Below, in pieces: positions 47,485 through 58,062 of a DNA stretch of 64,000 nt. The translations under genes were made by a program, and so were the position numbers. Source of the stretch: a virus; the IMG/VR virus record IMGVR_UViG_3300046007_003718, positions 32,001-96,000 of that record; one strand, written 5' to 3'. Within the stretch, counting starts at the first letter, position 1. Each line of letters opens with the position of its first letter. The notes below the pieces were generated by a model, which worked only from the letters and a program-made list of their open reading frames with translations, was not told the DNA's origin and did no database searches.

Positions 47485-48501
47485 TTAGACAGAGAGTTCG
47501 ATTGAAACATCTTTAAACATCTCTTTTCTAAGTTTTTCAATGTTTTCAGGATCTGACTTAAGAAAATCTACTAAAGCATTTCTTCCTTGATAACTTTCTT
47601 CCCAAAGATCGTACCAAGATCCCCTTTGCTTTACTAATCCCATACGCAGAGCAACACCAACAGTAGATTCAACAATATCTACTCCAATATCATTATTCTC
47701 TGTCTTAGTATGATAAAGATCCCATTCAGCATTTCTCTTAGGTGGGCTTACCTTTGACTTGTTAATAGTTGCTACGGGGCGAAAACCAATCTCAACTGGC
47801 TCACTTTCCCCCGGAATGGTAGCCTTCTTAACTCCAGCAGAGCCACCCTTCTTGACTTGAATAATTACAGCGCAAGCATGATGGAGAGCGTGACCACCGG
47901 GAGCGTGTACAATCGGAAGCCCCTGACGATTAGCAGTATCTCGCACTTGATTGAGGAGAAGGAAAGCCTGCTTAGTCTTGGCAATACGAGGAAGTAATTG
48001 CTTTACCATCTGCGTAATAATTCCAGATTGACCATATGCCTGCTTCTTACCGTCTTCATCCAGTTCTCTTTCTGACGCCATAGCACCAATTGAATCTACT
48101 ACTACAATGCCAAGAGCCTCCTCTTGAGCAAAGTGTACGGCGTGCTTTGCAGTATCTTCAGCAGACTCTGGAGTAGTAACGATTAAACGATCAATATCTA
48201 CTCCAAATTGTTTTGCAAATTCTGAATCAAAAGAACCTTCAAGATCAACATATGCAGCATACTGACCATTCTTCTGAGCCTCAGCAACTGCCATGTAGGC
48301 CATTACAGACTTACCCACACTCTCTGGACCAAAGACCATAGTGATTCCACCTTTTGGATACCCACCGATCCCAAGTGCATAATCAAGGGAGGGGATTCCT
48401 GAAGATGATGCTTCGACCTTCACTGTATTACTCGCAATTCTAACATTGTCTGAACCAAACTCTTTAGATGCCTTCTTTAGAATATCTTCAACTTCACTCA
48501 A
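47485..48501 (-). CDS. recA: RecA recombinase
   Basis: SSGIPSLDYALGIGG, GPESVGKS, VVDSIGAM, LNQVRD, PGGHAL. Confidence 0.93.
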   Translation of the reverse strand: MSEVEDILKKASKEFGSDNVRIASNTVKVEASSSGIPSLDYALGIGGYPKGGITMVFGPESVGKSVMAYMAVAEAQKNGQYAAYVDLEGSFDSEFAKQFGVDIDRLIVTTPESAEDTAKHAVHFAQEEALGIVVVDSIGAMASERELDEDGKKQAYGQSGIITQMVKQLLPRIAKTKQAFLLLNQVRDTANRQGLPIVHAPGGHALHHACAVIIQVKKGGSAGVKKATIPGESEPVEIGFRPVATINKSKVSPPKRNAEWDLYHTKTENNDIGVDIVESTVGVALRMGLVKQRGSWYDLWEESYQGRNALVDFLKSDPENIEKLRKEMFKDVSIELSV

Positions 48502-51500
48502 CTGAGTTCCTCCAAACTCACCAAATTAACTCCTCTATTTGTAACCTTGAGTACGGCCAATACAGGAATACACTCTTCTAGTATATCAGAGAATGCAAAC
48601 AGTTGTTGTTCAAACGCTGCAAACTCTACTGTCTGGTCTCCATATTCCATTGTAATCCAAGCCATATCTTGGCCCTTCTTTGTTTTAGTCTTCCTGACTG
48701 ATTTAATTTCACCAGCAACAATATGTTTTCCATTTACAGAGCGTAGATCTGAGTAGTCTGAACATTCTTCTTCAATTGCTTCTTTATATTTATCTAGAAT
48801 CTTGGGAGCATCATTAGTTAGGATAATACCCAACAATTCCTTTTCAAATTCACGGCGCTCTCTCTTGGAAATTATCCGATCTTCAGAAGCATCAAAAGCG
48901 CCCGCATTAAATAGAGCCTTCGCCTTATTAGCACCAAGACGTTGCTTAGGAGATGGGCCGTCAGTTTCGCCAGCCTTCTTATCAATCAGGAATTGCTTAT
49001 TCTGCGCTTCTAGCACTTCAATCATGTGATCAAAGTTATCAAAAGGACGATTCTCAATAACCCACTCGGCTCCCTTCGAAACACCCTTAACGTCTTTTAG
49101 ACCTAGATAGATTTCACCGTCAATAATATCTGTTTCATACATAGACTTATTGATATCTGGAGCATTGACCTTAGTTCCCATTCGTTGGGCTTCTGCAATG
49201 AAACGTGGAACATCTTCTCTCTTATCTTCCTTGCGGATACAAGCGAGAAGGTATTCTGCGGGATAGAGATACTTTGTCCAGAGAGTCCATAAGGTAACGA
49301 TCCCGTAGGCAACTGAGTGTGCCTTATTAAACGCATACTTAGAGAAACCAAGAAGTTCTTGCCACAACTCATTGGCGCTCTTTTCGTCCATATGATCTGT
49401 TGCCTTCTCCATGTAACGAGGATAGAACTCTTCCATCTCCTTAACTTTCTTCTTACCCATGATGCGTCGAACATCATCTGCCTCTTCTAGAGTAAAACCC
49501 ATCTTAGTAAAGAGACTGATGACCTGTTCTTGATACACAAAGACACCATAGGTGTCCTCCACAATGTCTGCAATAAAGGGATGAAGAACTTCGAACTCTC
49601 CACCACTCTCACGACGATCTAGATACATATCTACATAACCAGCGCGTAGGGGGCCGGGTCGGTTAAGAGCAACGAGAACAGCAAGATCTTCTACACTACG
49701 GCACCTCATTCTGGAAGCAATTTTCTTTGCAATACCACCATCCTCAACCTGAAAGACACCAACAGTGAGTCCACGGTCAAGAAGTTCCCAAAAAGGCTTG
49801 TCTGTTAAATCAAGTTCGTGGTGCATCTTCTTAAAATCTAGATCAAAGTCATAATCTCTCTTAATAAGACCTTGAGCCTCTTTTAGAATAGAAAGGTTCT
49901 TAAGAGCAAGGAAATCCAACTTCATGAATCCAAGGGATTCAATTTCATGCATATCGAACTGAGTTGCAATTTCCCCCTCCTTTTTGCCCGCGCTTTTATC
50001 AATTCTTAGAGGGCAAATAGCAGCAAGAGGCTCATCACCCACGACAAATCCACTAGCATGAACACTACTAGCAAAGATGCGTCCGTGAAGGTCTCCAGCA
50101 AGAGAGAATAGGTCTGGGTATTTAGCAATCCAACCCTGAAGTTCACCGACTTCCATAACATCATCCCAATCAGCCATTAGGCCAGCATCCGTCGTGCTAT
50201 CAATAATGATCTTAATTTCTTCAATATCTCTCATGGGCACTTCTAGATACTTGCCTACTCTTTCAATGGCAGACTTACCATGCAACTTCATCACAGTACC
50301 GATATGGGTTACACAGTCCTCCCCGAAAGTATCGCGCATAAATTGCTTAATCTTGTCTCTGTCTTCAATAGCAAAGTCAGTATCAATATCGGGCAGACCA
50401 CCCTTCTCACGACCCTTGTTATAGAATCGCTCAAAGATCAGTCCGTACTGAATCGGATCAATATCTGTAATCCCAAGCAAATAGGCTACGAGGCTTCCGC
50501 CTACAGAACCACGGCCCGGTCCTCGGACAACTCCACTTGTCTCCGCATAGTCGTTTACAAGATGTTCAATTAGGAAGAAGTCAACAAGATCCGCCTCAAA
50601 GATAGCGCTCATCTCTTTCTCAACGCGAGCCATATAGCGACCATCATCGTCAAGATCAGCAACCTTGTCAAAGTAACCCTTCTCAACGAGAGCGACAAAA
50701 CGATCAGTTCCTTCAGGCCCCCATGTGGGGATTCTCTTGCGCTTGGTAGGGAGTTCCACCTCACTCATATCCGCAATCATGTGGGTATTAGAAATGGATT
50801 CCTCAACAATGCTTTTAGGCAGATAACTAAGTGCATCTCGGATACCCTGCTCATCTAGAATCCAGAGAGAGGGTGGATGATTGCGCTCAGATTCGGATAC
50901 CTTCTTACGCATTGACATATTAACGAATGCTTCGTGATTACAATACTGATCAGCGCAAGCATAGTGGGCGTCGGTGGCGTACACAAAAGGGACACCCTTC
51001 TTCTGACCTAACCTCACCAGTTCACCATTTACTTCACGTTGAGTATCGCTGTCATATGTGTGGAGTTCAATAAAAAATCTGTCTCCAAATATTTCTAGAT
51101 ATTGATCTAGTACGGCCTCTGGATTTTGCTCTTTCATAATCGCAGAAGACACCTTACCACCAAGGCAGGCAGATGTAAGGATCAACCCCTCGTTATGCTC
51201 TTGAAGCAATTCCCAATCAACGCGAGGCTTATGATAAAAGCCTTCTAGATACGCCCTCGTAGAAATGGTCCACAAATTGTTAAGACCCTTATTATTATAA
51301 GCAATAATAATAAGATGGCTACGATCATTTTCTGGACGATTGCCTTTAAGGTCAGACTTGTGATGTACCTTACGATCATCTCTTGCTTGGTAAGATTCAA
51401 TTCCAAGAATGGGCTTAATGCCCCGCTCGGTTGCCTTTCTATAAAACTCAACGTGGCCAGCCACAGTACCATGATCCGTTAGGGCAACGGCATCTGAACC

Positions 51501-51590
51501 GATATCTTTCACCCGATCTAAAATCTCATCAATCGTTGCATAACCGTCAAAAATAGAATAATGACTATGTTGATGAAGTGGTACAGCCAA
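48498..51590 (-). CDS. dnaE: DNA polymerase III alpha subunit
   Basis: PHP HQHSHYS/TDHG, GRGSVGGS, PDIDTDF, KLDFL, YAFNKAHS. Confidence 0.95.
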   Translation of the reverse strand: MAVPLHQHSHYSIFDGYATIDEILDRVKDIGSDAVALTDHGTVAGHVEFYRKATERGIKPILGIESYQARDDRKVHHKSDLKGNRPENDRSHLIIIAYNNKGLNNLWTISTRAYLEGFYHKPRVDWELLQEHNEGLILTSACLGGKVSSAIMKEQNPEAVLDQYLEIFGDRFFIELHTYDSDTQREVNGELVRLGQKKGVPFVYATDAHYACADQYCNHEAFVNMSMRKKVSESERNHPPSLWILDEQGIRDALSYLPKSIVEESISNTHMIADMSEVELPTKRKRIPTWGPEGTDRFVALVEKGYFDKVADLDDDGRYMARVEKEMSAIFEADLVDFFLIEHLVNDYAETSGVVRGPGRGSVGGSLVAYLLGITDIDPIQYGLIFERFYNKGREKGGLPDIDTDFAIEDRDKIKQFMRDTFGEDCVTHIGTVMKLHGKSAIERVGKYLEVPMRDIEEIKIIIDSTTDAGLMADWDDVMEVGELQGWIAKYPDLFSLAGDLHGRIFASSVHASGFVVGDEPLAAICPLRIDKSAGKKEGEIATQFDMHEIESLGFMKLDFLALKNLSILKEAQGLIKRDYDFDLDFKKMHHELDLTDKPFWELLDRGLTVGVFQVEDGGIAKKIASRMRCRSVEDLAVLVALNRPGPLRAGYVDMYLDRRESGGEFEVLHPFIADIVEDTYGVFVYQEQVISLFTKMGFTLEEADDVRRIMGKKKVKEMEEFYPRYMEKATDHMDEKSANELWQELLGFSKYAFNKAHSVAYGIVTLWTLWTKYLYPAEYLLACIRKEDKREDVPRFIAEAQRMGTKVNAPDINKSMYETDIIDGEIYLGLKDVKGVSKGAEWVIENRPFDNFDHMIEVLEAQNKQFLIDKKAGETDGPSPKQRLGANKAKALFNAGAFDASEDRIISKRERREFEKELLGIILTNDAPKILDKYKEAIEEECSDYSDLRSVNGKHIVAGEIKSVRKTKTKKGQDMAWITMEYGDQTVEFAAFEQQLFAFSDILEECIPVLAVLKVTNRGVNLVSLEELS

Positions 51591-51601
51591 CTTAACCTCT
51601 C

Positions 51602-52198
51602 TTAAATTTGATAATGTATCTCGCCGTTGCCCTTTGTGATTCGGGCTTCCTTGGCAAGTTTATCACAGTAGTCATTAAACTTGTCGCCACTGTGAGCCTT
51701 AACTTTAATGCATTCTATTGGATTGAACTTTAATAAGTACGTCAATTCTCTCCAATAAGCAGAATTTGGAGTAGGGATTCCGTTCTTCTTAACCCAGCCA
51801 TTCTTTTCCCAATCTTTCCACCAACCATGCCTTAGTGTATTAATCATATAGGCAGAATCGGAATAAAGATTGATTTGACATTTTTGAGAAGTTAAATGCC
51901 AAATACCTTCTATGGCTGCCTTCAGTTCCATACTATTGTTGGTGGCGATAGGTTCGTACCCATAATCTTGGGTTAAAAACCCCTCTTCAGAATAAATAAC
52001 ATAAGCCCACCCGCCTTCGTGGGTTATATGAGAAGAAGAACCATCTGTATATAAATGATAGAGGGGGAGGTCTTGCCTCCCCCTCTTTTTGCTTTTAGGA
52101 CTGCCCTGCTGCCTGTCGCTTAATGCGCTGGAAAGCAGTTTCTGCATCCTCTTCTGCTTCTGAGTCTTCCGCCCTGCGACGGGGGACTTCTGTGCCAC
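51602..52198 (-). CDS. rnhA: Ribonuclease HI (start uncertain)
   Basis: YTDGS, TNNSMEL, SDSAY, KVKAHSG, NDYCDKLA. Confidence 0.88.
   Translation of the reverse strand: MAQKSPVAGRKTQKQKRMQKLLSSALSDRQQGSPKSKKRGRQDLPLYHLYTDGSSSHITHEGGWAYVIYSEEGFLTQDYGYEPIATNNSMELKAAIEGIWHLTSQKCQINLYSDSAYMINTLRHGWWKDWEKNGWVKKNGIPTPNSAYWRELTYLLKFNPIECIKVKAHSGDKFNDYCDKLAKEARITKGNGEIHYQI
52060..52090. terminator. Hairpin after the SSB stop, inside the RNase H frame
   Basis: agagggggagg-tcttg-cctccccctct. Confidence 0.5.
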
Positions 52199-52961
52199 TA
52201 TTACTCTCTTCCTTGTTTACAAACTTCTGATGCTGCTTCTGCCACAACTCTGGATTGCCAAAGTATGTGTCATAGCGCTCCTTAGATCCAAGATTCTCTA
52301 GAACTTCATGAATCGTCGGGATCTTCATATTAGAATAATCAACGTCGGCTGCCTTATCTACTTCATAGCCGTGATAGATCGTTGACTGGTCATTTCCTTC
52401 ACGGATGATCTTCCAAGGATTTGCGGTAATTGGTCCGATCTGGTCATTGTGACTGGCAAACTGCTGCCAGAAGTTCTGTGCAGCCTGAAAAACTACAACG
52501 ACCTCTGGATAGAAAATAGTTGTCCCATCCTTGGTGGTGTACTCATTACCCTTAACCTCAAATGAGGAGATATCTGAGATACGATTAGTCTTTGCAGATG
52601 AATCAAAGACCGGCTCTAGACCTACCGCTACAGCGGCAAAGTTTTCCTTCGGAACGTGGCCGAGTTCATCACAAATAACGCACTTACCGTCTGCATCGTC
52701 CCAAGCGTCCATCTTGCGACAAGCAAAATCGCGGTATCCCTTACCGATACTACCATCATCCTTCTCCCATGCAACCTGAACAAAACGATGCAGGGTAACG
52801 AGGGGTACATCCTCAATATCAGTAAAGAACTGGATATACGATTCCTGACCATCCTTCAAAGAAAAGAATGGCATAAAGTCAGTTGGCTTAGAACGAGCGG
52901 TTCCTCCCCCACCCTGACTTTTCTGCTTAATTAGATTACTTCCACCCTTAAATGTCGGCAT
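52095..52961 (-). CDS. Single-stranded DNA-binding protein (T4 gp32-like)
   Basis: Replication cluster; H...C...CxxC Zn ligands; acidic C-terminus; own upstream promoter. Confidence 0.7.
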   Translation of the reverse strand: MPTFKGGSNLIKQKSQGGGGTARSKPTDFMPFFSLKDGQESYIQFFTDIEDVPLVTLHRFVQVAWEKDDGSIGKGYRDFACRKMDAWDDADGKCVICDELGHVPKENFAAVAVGLEPVFDSSAKTNRISDISSFEVKGNEYTTKDGTTIFYPEVVVVFQAAQNFWQQFASHNDQIGPITANPWKIIREGNDQSTIYHGYEVDKAADVDYSNMKIPTIHEVLENLGSKERYDTYFGNPELWQKQHQKFVNKEESNSGTEVPRRRAEDSEAEEDAETAFQRIKRQAAGQS

Positions 52962-53174
52962 TATGTCTCACCTTTCTTCGTGTTAATGACTTGCCTTTAT
53001 AGGTTTACTATAGCATATGAGATTATTTGTTTTTATTTAGTTCTTGGTTAAGTTCTTCTCTTTCTTCTTTAGTCAACTGATCATACACAACCTTACCAAC
53101 ACGCTTAAAGTAATTTTGTACAACTTCAGTTTCGACTTCAATAGATTCAGAACTAGTAAATTTTGTAAAAGCCA

Positions 53175-54149
53175 CTATTTCCTCCAATGGATATAGTATT
53201 GCGCTCTATTAAGATAACTCTCCCATTCCTCAAAAGGAACGTCGGCGGGATCACCCTTTGGAACGCTTACAGGGGGAACAATGTAAACTTCACAATGATC
53301 CTTCAATAAATTAAGGGCCGTGCGAGTCGCTTTTGCTCCTGCCTCATCGTTGTCAAACCATAGAAAAACGTTTTCATATCTCCACAACATTCTCATCTGA
53401 TCTTGATTGATAGAGGCCCCAAAAGTGGCAACGACATTGCGGTATCCTACTCCCCACATAATTGCTGCCGTTTTGGGAGATTCAACAACAATTACATAAT
53501 TTGAATCATCGTGGCATTCACAATCTCCATGATATAACGTTTCACTTTTGGGGAAATCTGGAGTATTAAGGTATTTAGCCTTCTTCTCTCCTGTCAAGTC
53601 TCGGATTTGCCACCCGACTGCCTTGCCCGCAACAAAGTGGGGAAATATAATCCCCTCTCTGTTTTGATCATAAGAGATTCTAAAATGTTCTATTGCTTCG
53701 TCGTTAAGACCCTGTTTGTACATCCACGGATGCTTGTTTGGAATGCTAGATATTTCATAGTTTGGAAATTCTTTTTCGACTAAAGATACTGGGATAGGTT
53801 CTGAATCATCAACCATCTTAAGGAATTCTTCCTTATTCCACTCATCATCAATATCGTTTAAATATTTATCTTCTATCCATCGCTCGGCTTCTTCATAAGA
53901 ATCAAAACCTTTTATTTGATGAACAAAGTTAACCACATTTCCACCACCACAAGCAAAGCAATGGTAAAGACCATATTTCAAAGAGGTGGGATTTACATTA
54001 ATGCTAAAACTTGGGTTTTTATCATTATGGAATGGGCAAGGACACCACAACTCGCCGCGTGAATCCTCAAAGAATTCCGCGTCGTGGGTGTCCTTAACAA
54101 TTTGTTCTATCGGAAGTTTATTCCGACGCTCTTGAAACAATCGGCCCAT
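53175..54149 (-). CDS. dnaG: DNA primase
   Basis: CPFHNDKNPSF...CFAC zinc finger; KYLN; TOPRIM VVES...FDNDEAG. Confidence 0.9.
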   Translation of the reverse strand: MGRLFQERRNKLPIEQIVKDTHDAEFFEDSRGELWCPCPFHNDKNPSFSINVNPTSLKYGLYHCFACGGGNVVNFVHQIKGFDSYEEAERWIEDKYLNDIDDEWNKEEFLKMVDDSEPIPVSLVEKEFPNYEISSIPNKHPWMYKQGLNDEAIEHFRISYDQNREGIIFPHFVAGKAVGWQIRDLTGEKKAKYLNTPDFPKSETLYHGDCECHDDSNYVIVVESPKTAAIMWGVGYRNVVATFGASINQDQMRMLWRYENVFLWFDNDEAGAKATRTALNLLKDHCEVYIVPPVSVPKGDPADVPFEEWESYLNRAQYYIHWRK

Positions 54150-55353
54150 TGAATGTGAACTGTGTCTTATTTTGTAGGTTTACTTTGATTCCCCAAGTAG
54201 CGTTACTCTTACAATAACGGCCTTCTAGAATCCTCATCCTGACAATGTTTAGGTCTGCCTCATCTTCATTTCTGTGAAGAGCAACAAGGAGGTCAGCGGT
54301 CTCCTCAATTGAGCGAGATAGGCCAATCTTATCTGCTCCAGCCAGATCCTCCAACTGAGCAGCCTCTCGGTTAAACTGACAAACGCAAATATAAGGAATT
54401 TCCTGCTTGGTTGCTGCAACTTTCAAAGCGTGAACAATAGACTTTGTGTTTTCATCAGAACGACCAACATTCTTCTCGGGATGAATGAACGAAAGTTGAT
54501 CAACCAAAACAACATTAGCATTAACCTTCTCGGACTCAAGGACAAAACTAGAAACCTTACGATCCTCAAATCCGGGATGGATAATGTATGCGGGACCAAG
54601 AGCGTTAAACTCAGACATAGCACCTTCAATCTGCTTCCATTCTGACGGCATTAGAGAATTTTTAACCATCCGGGTGTAACTCACCCCACTGACCAGACAC
54701 ATAAGGCGCTTATACATATCCTTTTCTGTAAGTTCTAGGGTGAACAAAACCGGAATGAGGCCCTGACGGCGCTGCTCAACAAAAGCGTTGAGAAGGAACC
54801 ATGACTTGAAGCGCTTTGGGCGTGCAACAAAAAAAGTCAAGTGCCCCGGTCCCGCACCGCCAGTGTGTTCATCAACATCCGGGAAGCCATAAGTAGCACC
54901 CTGCTCATTCTTCTCTGCATAAATCTTAAATTCTTCAATAAGTTCCTTGTAGTCTTCGGAAGCAAGAATATGCTTCTTGCTGCTTACCTGAGACCAAACT
55001 TCGTGTGCGCGAGAAATTAGCGCATCAACAAAATCATTGGGATCTTTAGTGTCAGCAAGTTCCTCAATAATCTCCTTATGCTTAGAGCGCACATAGCGCA
55101 TCTTAAGTTTATCGGCAAGAAAATGAGGATCAACCGTTGGTCCAGTTCGAACAATTTCCCATTCGCTATTAATGGTAGTCTCGTTCGGAGGCTTACCGTA
55201 GTCATGGAGATAGTCAAAGATAAACTGCACAAGTGGGCGCAGTTTTGAATCCTTAATCATGTTAGGGCCAACACCAGCGGCCTTGAGTTCGACTAGATTT
55301 TCAGGTACGAGAGCCTGCTGAACAAATTCATTATCAAGATCAAGTACACTCAT
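54118..55353 (-). CDS. dnaB: DnaB-like replicative helicase
   Basis: ARPKRFKS Walker A, TLE, VDQL, QFNR, IEETAD. Confidence 0.85.
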   Translation of the reverse strand: MSVLDLDNEFVQQALVPENLVELKAAGVGPNMIKDSKLRPLVQFIFDYLHDYGKPPNETTINSEWEIVRTGPTVDPHFLADKLKMRYVRSKHKEIIEELADTKDPNDFVDALISRAHEVWSQVSSKKHILASEDYKELIEEFKIYAEKNEQGATYGFPDVDEHTGGAGPGHLTFFVARPKRFKSWFLLNAFVEQRRQGLIPVLFTLELTEKDMYKRLMCLVSGVSYTRMVKNSLMPSEWKQIEGAMSEFNALGPAYIIHPGFEDRKVSSFVLESEKVNANVVLVDQLSFIHPEKNVGRSDENTKSIVHALKVAATKQEIPYICVCQFNREAAQLEDLAGADKIGLSRSIEETADLLVALHRNEDEADLNIVRMRILEGRYCKSNATWGIKVNLQNKTQFTFNGPIVSRASE

Positions 55354-56126
55354 TTGATTGGTCGGACTTCCTTGTTAGAAATTAGCATGTTAACAACATC
55401 TTTTGCTGTAGACGCACGAACGTCTGTACCAGATACTAGCACAGGGATCTGCACCATGTTGAGAAGACTCCAAACTCTAGGATAAAGTTTTTCATGTTCT
55501 TCTGAAGATAGGTTTGTACCAATTAGGGTCGGTAGGCTGTTCTCCACGCGGTATCGGATAACCGCTTCATAAACATCAGAAAAGAATTCGTGTTGGCGAA
55601 CAGACATAGGCTCAATAACCTCATCAAGAGCAAAAATTTCAGCCGACCGGACGGCTTCCATAAGCGCAACCTTATTCTCGCCATTGCTATACCTATCAAC
55701 AACACTAGTGAATGACTCAAACCACGCCTTATATCCTTGCTTAACAAGTTCTTTTAAGATCAAAATTTGAGCAAAGGTCTTGCCTGTTCCAAGAGGTCCA
55801 AAGAACGTGAGGCCACGGCCATAGCGAGAATTGAAATCGAAATTATTTATATAATCCTCTAGAAAAATTCTGAGTTCATCTTTCTCTTCATAAAGATCAT
55901 CAAAAGACAGGGAATGATACCTGATGCCAATATTTGCATATAGATAGTGTCTGCGAAGCCCCTTTTGGATATCGCAGTCACATTCATTCTCATTGCCTTC
56001 AAAGAAATAAAGGCCAGTGTCATTGCAAGTTGGGCAAAGATTTGCCTTTGCTCTTAATGTTGGAAATCTCTTCCAGAGAGTTTCATATTCTGTGCTTGGG
56101 ATGCTTCTCCAAATAATCTTACTCAA
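55350..56126 (-). CDS. DnaC/IstB-like helicase loader
   Basis: CPTC...CDC, GPLGTGKT, ALDEV, TNL. Confidence 0.82.
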   Translation of the reverse strand: MSKIIWRSIPSTEYETLWKRFPTLRAKANLCPTCNDTGLYFFEGNENECDCDIQKGLRRHYLYANIGIRYHSLSFDDLYEEKDELRIFLEDYINNFDFNSRYGRGLTFFGPLGTGKTFAQILILKELVKQGYKAWFESFTSVVDRYSNGENKVALMEAVRSAEIFALDEVIEPMSVRQHEFFSDVYEAVIRYRVENSLPTLIGTNLSSEEHEKLYPRVWSLLNMVQIPVLVSGTDVRASTAKDVVNMLISNKEVRPIK

Positions 56127-56595
56127 CTCTGATTATCCTATCATTAATCTTTTGGTCAAAAAATACTTGTCGAATTGCCTTGTCTATTGCGGCATTAATT
56201 TCGTCTTTGCCCTTGTATGGCAAGTAATATATCTCATCATACCACAGGGAGTCATTGATTACTTGATTCAGCAATGCGCTAGGCCATAAAAGTCTAACCA
56301 TTCTCTCATCATCATCTCCCACAAAATTGGCCTTAAAAACAAAATGAGCCAAAGTGTAGAGGGAACTGGATGTAATTACATATCCTTCATCTTTGTATTT
56401 ATATTCGTTTTCAAGAATATTTCCCATAAACATCATATCAACGCGATAGTCTGATATATGACCTAGTGCCAGTCCGGTCTTTTTTATGTATTTTTGGGGA
56501 AGATTGTCAAGAAGATTTAAGTTTTTATCTTTTGCTAGTGTTTTAGCAAATTTAGTTTTTCCAGACTTAGGAGCGCCTATTACACAGACCTTCAT
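56119..56595 (-). CDS. P-loop nucleotide kinase-like protein
   Basis: GAPKSGKT at N-terminus. Confidence 0.65.
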   Translation of the reverse strand: MKVCVIGAPKSGKTKFAKTLAKDKNLNLLDNLPQKYIKKTGLALGHISDYRVDMMFMGNILENEYKYKDEGYVITSSSLYTLAHFVFKANFVGDDDERMVRLLWPSALLNQVINDSLWYDEIYYLPYKGKDEINAAIDKAIRQVFFDQKINDRIIRVE

Positions 56596-57110
56596 TATTC
56601 CTCCGTTGGTTTCGTAGCAACAAGAGCAACAGAAGGTCTGGTCATTTCTAAGACTTCTTCTATCACCCTTAGAAAATCAGGATCATTTTCTAATTTATTG
56701 TTTAATTTTTGTTCATCAATTTCTGGAACAAGGGTAATTATTTCTTGAAAATAAGAAGGGTAATTTTTTTGTAAAAGATCTGTATTGATAGTCGGTTTGC
56801 CGTGAGAAATCCTTCTATAAAATTGCGCCCCGTTTTCAAAAACAATTTTTTTTGGAACAAATGCTTCCTTTTCTTTAATTTTTGCTGTTCTTTGATCTAA
56901 CGAAACTAAATCAAAAGTTGGGTAACGCTGAGAAAGATATTCTCCGATATCTTCTATGTACTCAGGCACTTCAATAATTTTTATTTCTGGATCCCTTTCC
57001 GGTAAAAGTTCTGAATCCAACATATTCTTATATTTTTTAATGTCCGACTCTACTGAATCTTTAAGATCTTGTAATTCTCTAATTTTTTGATAAATTTCTG
57101 TCGTATCCAT
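56595..57110 (-). CDS. Hypothetical protein
   Basis: Coupled ORF; N-terminal coiled coil. Confidence 0.6.
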   Translation of the reverse strand: MDTTEIYQKIRELQDLKDSVESDIKKYKNMLDSELLPERDPEIKIIEVPEYIEDIGEYLSQRYPTFDLVSLDQRTAKIKEKEAFVPKKIVFENGAQFYRRISHGKPTINTDLLQKNYPSYFQEIITLVPEIDEQKLNNKLENDPDFLRVIEEVLEMTRPSVALVATKPTEE

Positions 57111-57279
57111 AATTTTTTCTCACTTCTTGTAAATGGGAACAGTCCCCACGAAAAGAAAACCCTCGGCAATCGCAAAAAGGATCACACAAGGGATAACCAA
57201 CCCCAGCAACTGTATATACTTTGCCACGGGGCGAAACTTTAGTTATTGAATTTGGAAAATCTTCTATTTTTTTATTCAC
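57079..57279 (-). CDS. SWIM zinc-finger protein
   Basis: YTV...CDCRGFSFRGDCSH. Confidence 0.65.
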   Translation of the reverse strand: MNKKIEDFPNSITKVSPRGKVYTVAGVGYPLCDPFCDCRGFSFRGDCSHLQEVRKNYGYDRNLSKN

Positions 57280-57664
57280 TTATAATTTCTGAAAGAGATT
57301 CTTCTGTTGTATATGAAATGTTGATGTGATTTAAAAATTCTTTAATCATATCAATCAATCTAAAACACACAATTTGTGCAAGTATATCATGCAGAGTGTG
57401 TTCTCCACCTTCTTGGAAAACAAGTGAGTCAAAAGAAAACTCTTTATTGAAATAAAAAATTTCTACTAAGTCAACCTCTCCAGATGCTTGAGCATCTACT
57501 AGAGCAGCAACAGAAAGTTCAAGCATTGTGTCAAACTGAATAGGTATCGCAATATCGTCTTGTTTAATTAAATTTTCTAAAGTTATTAAAACTTTTTTAG
57601 AAAGTTTTATAAACGGATTGTCTTCTATTGTTGAGTTTTCTAGATCAGTCATATTTTTCTTCAT
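57272..57664 (-). CDS. Hypothetical protein
   Basis: Operon context. Confidence 0.5.
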   Translation of the reverse strand: MKKNMTDLENSTIEDNPFIKLSKKVLITLENLIKQDDIAIPIQFDTMLELSVAALVDAQASGEVDLVEIFYFNKEFSFDSLVFQEGGEHTLHDILAQIVCFRLIDMIKEFLNHINISYTTEESLSEIISE

Positions 57665-57759
57665 CCAGTGACCAAAAATAATTTTCCATTGGGCAGTCTG
57701 CCCTATTACAGTCCTTTGGATCTATTTTACCACAAACCTTACAAGTAACAACATATTCA

Positions 57760-58053
57760 TCATTCATTTTCTTCTACCTTATGTCCGTATGCGAAATTAT
57801 CACACTCATTGCATAGCGTGATTAATTTTTTATTAAAATCTATGGCCCAATAGAGATCGTTATGTTTACAATCTCCTTGAATCTTTTCGGGCCAAACTTT
57901 TTTAATATCTTTCCCCGTGAGGATCACTCTCCAGATATAAATAGGATTATCTGGGGAGTTTGTCTTCAACTTCATCAAACCATCCCCAACACAGGGTTGA
58001 AAAATTGGGGATTGTTCTTGCTCTAAATTCTCTTCTGGATCTAAGAAATCCAT
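57760..58053 (-). CDS. Hypothetical protein
   Basis: AAAAGG RBS. Confidence 0.55.
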   Translation of the reverse strand: MDFLDPEENLEQEQSPIFQPCVGDGLMKLKTNSPDNPIYIWRVILTGKDIKKVWPEKIQGDCKHNDLYWAIDFNKKLITLCNECDNFAYGHKVEENE

Positions 58054-58062
58054 AATTACCTT

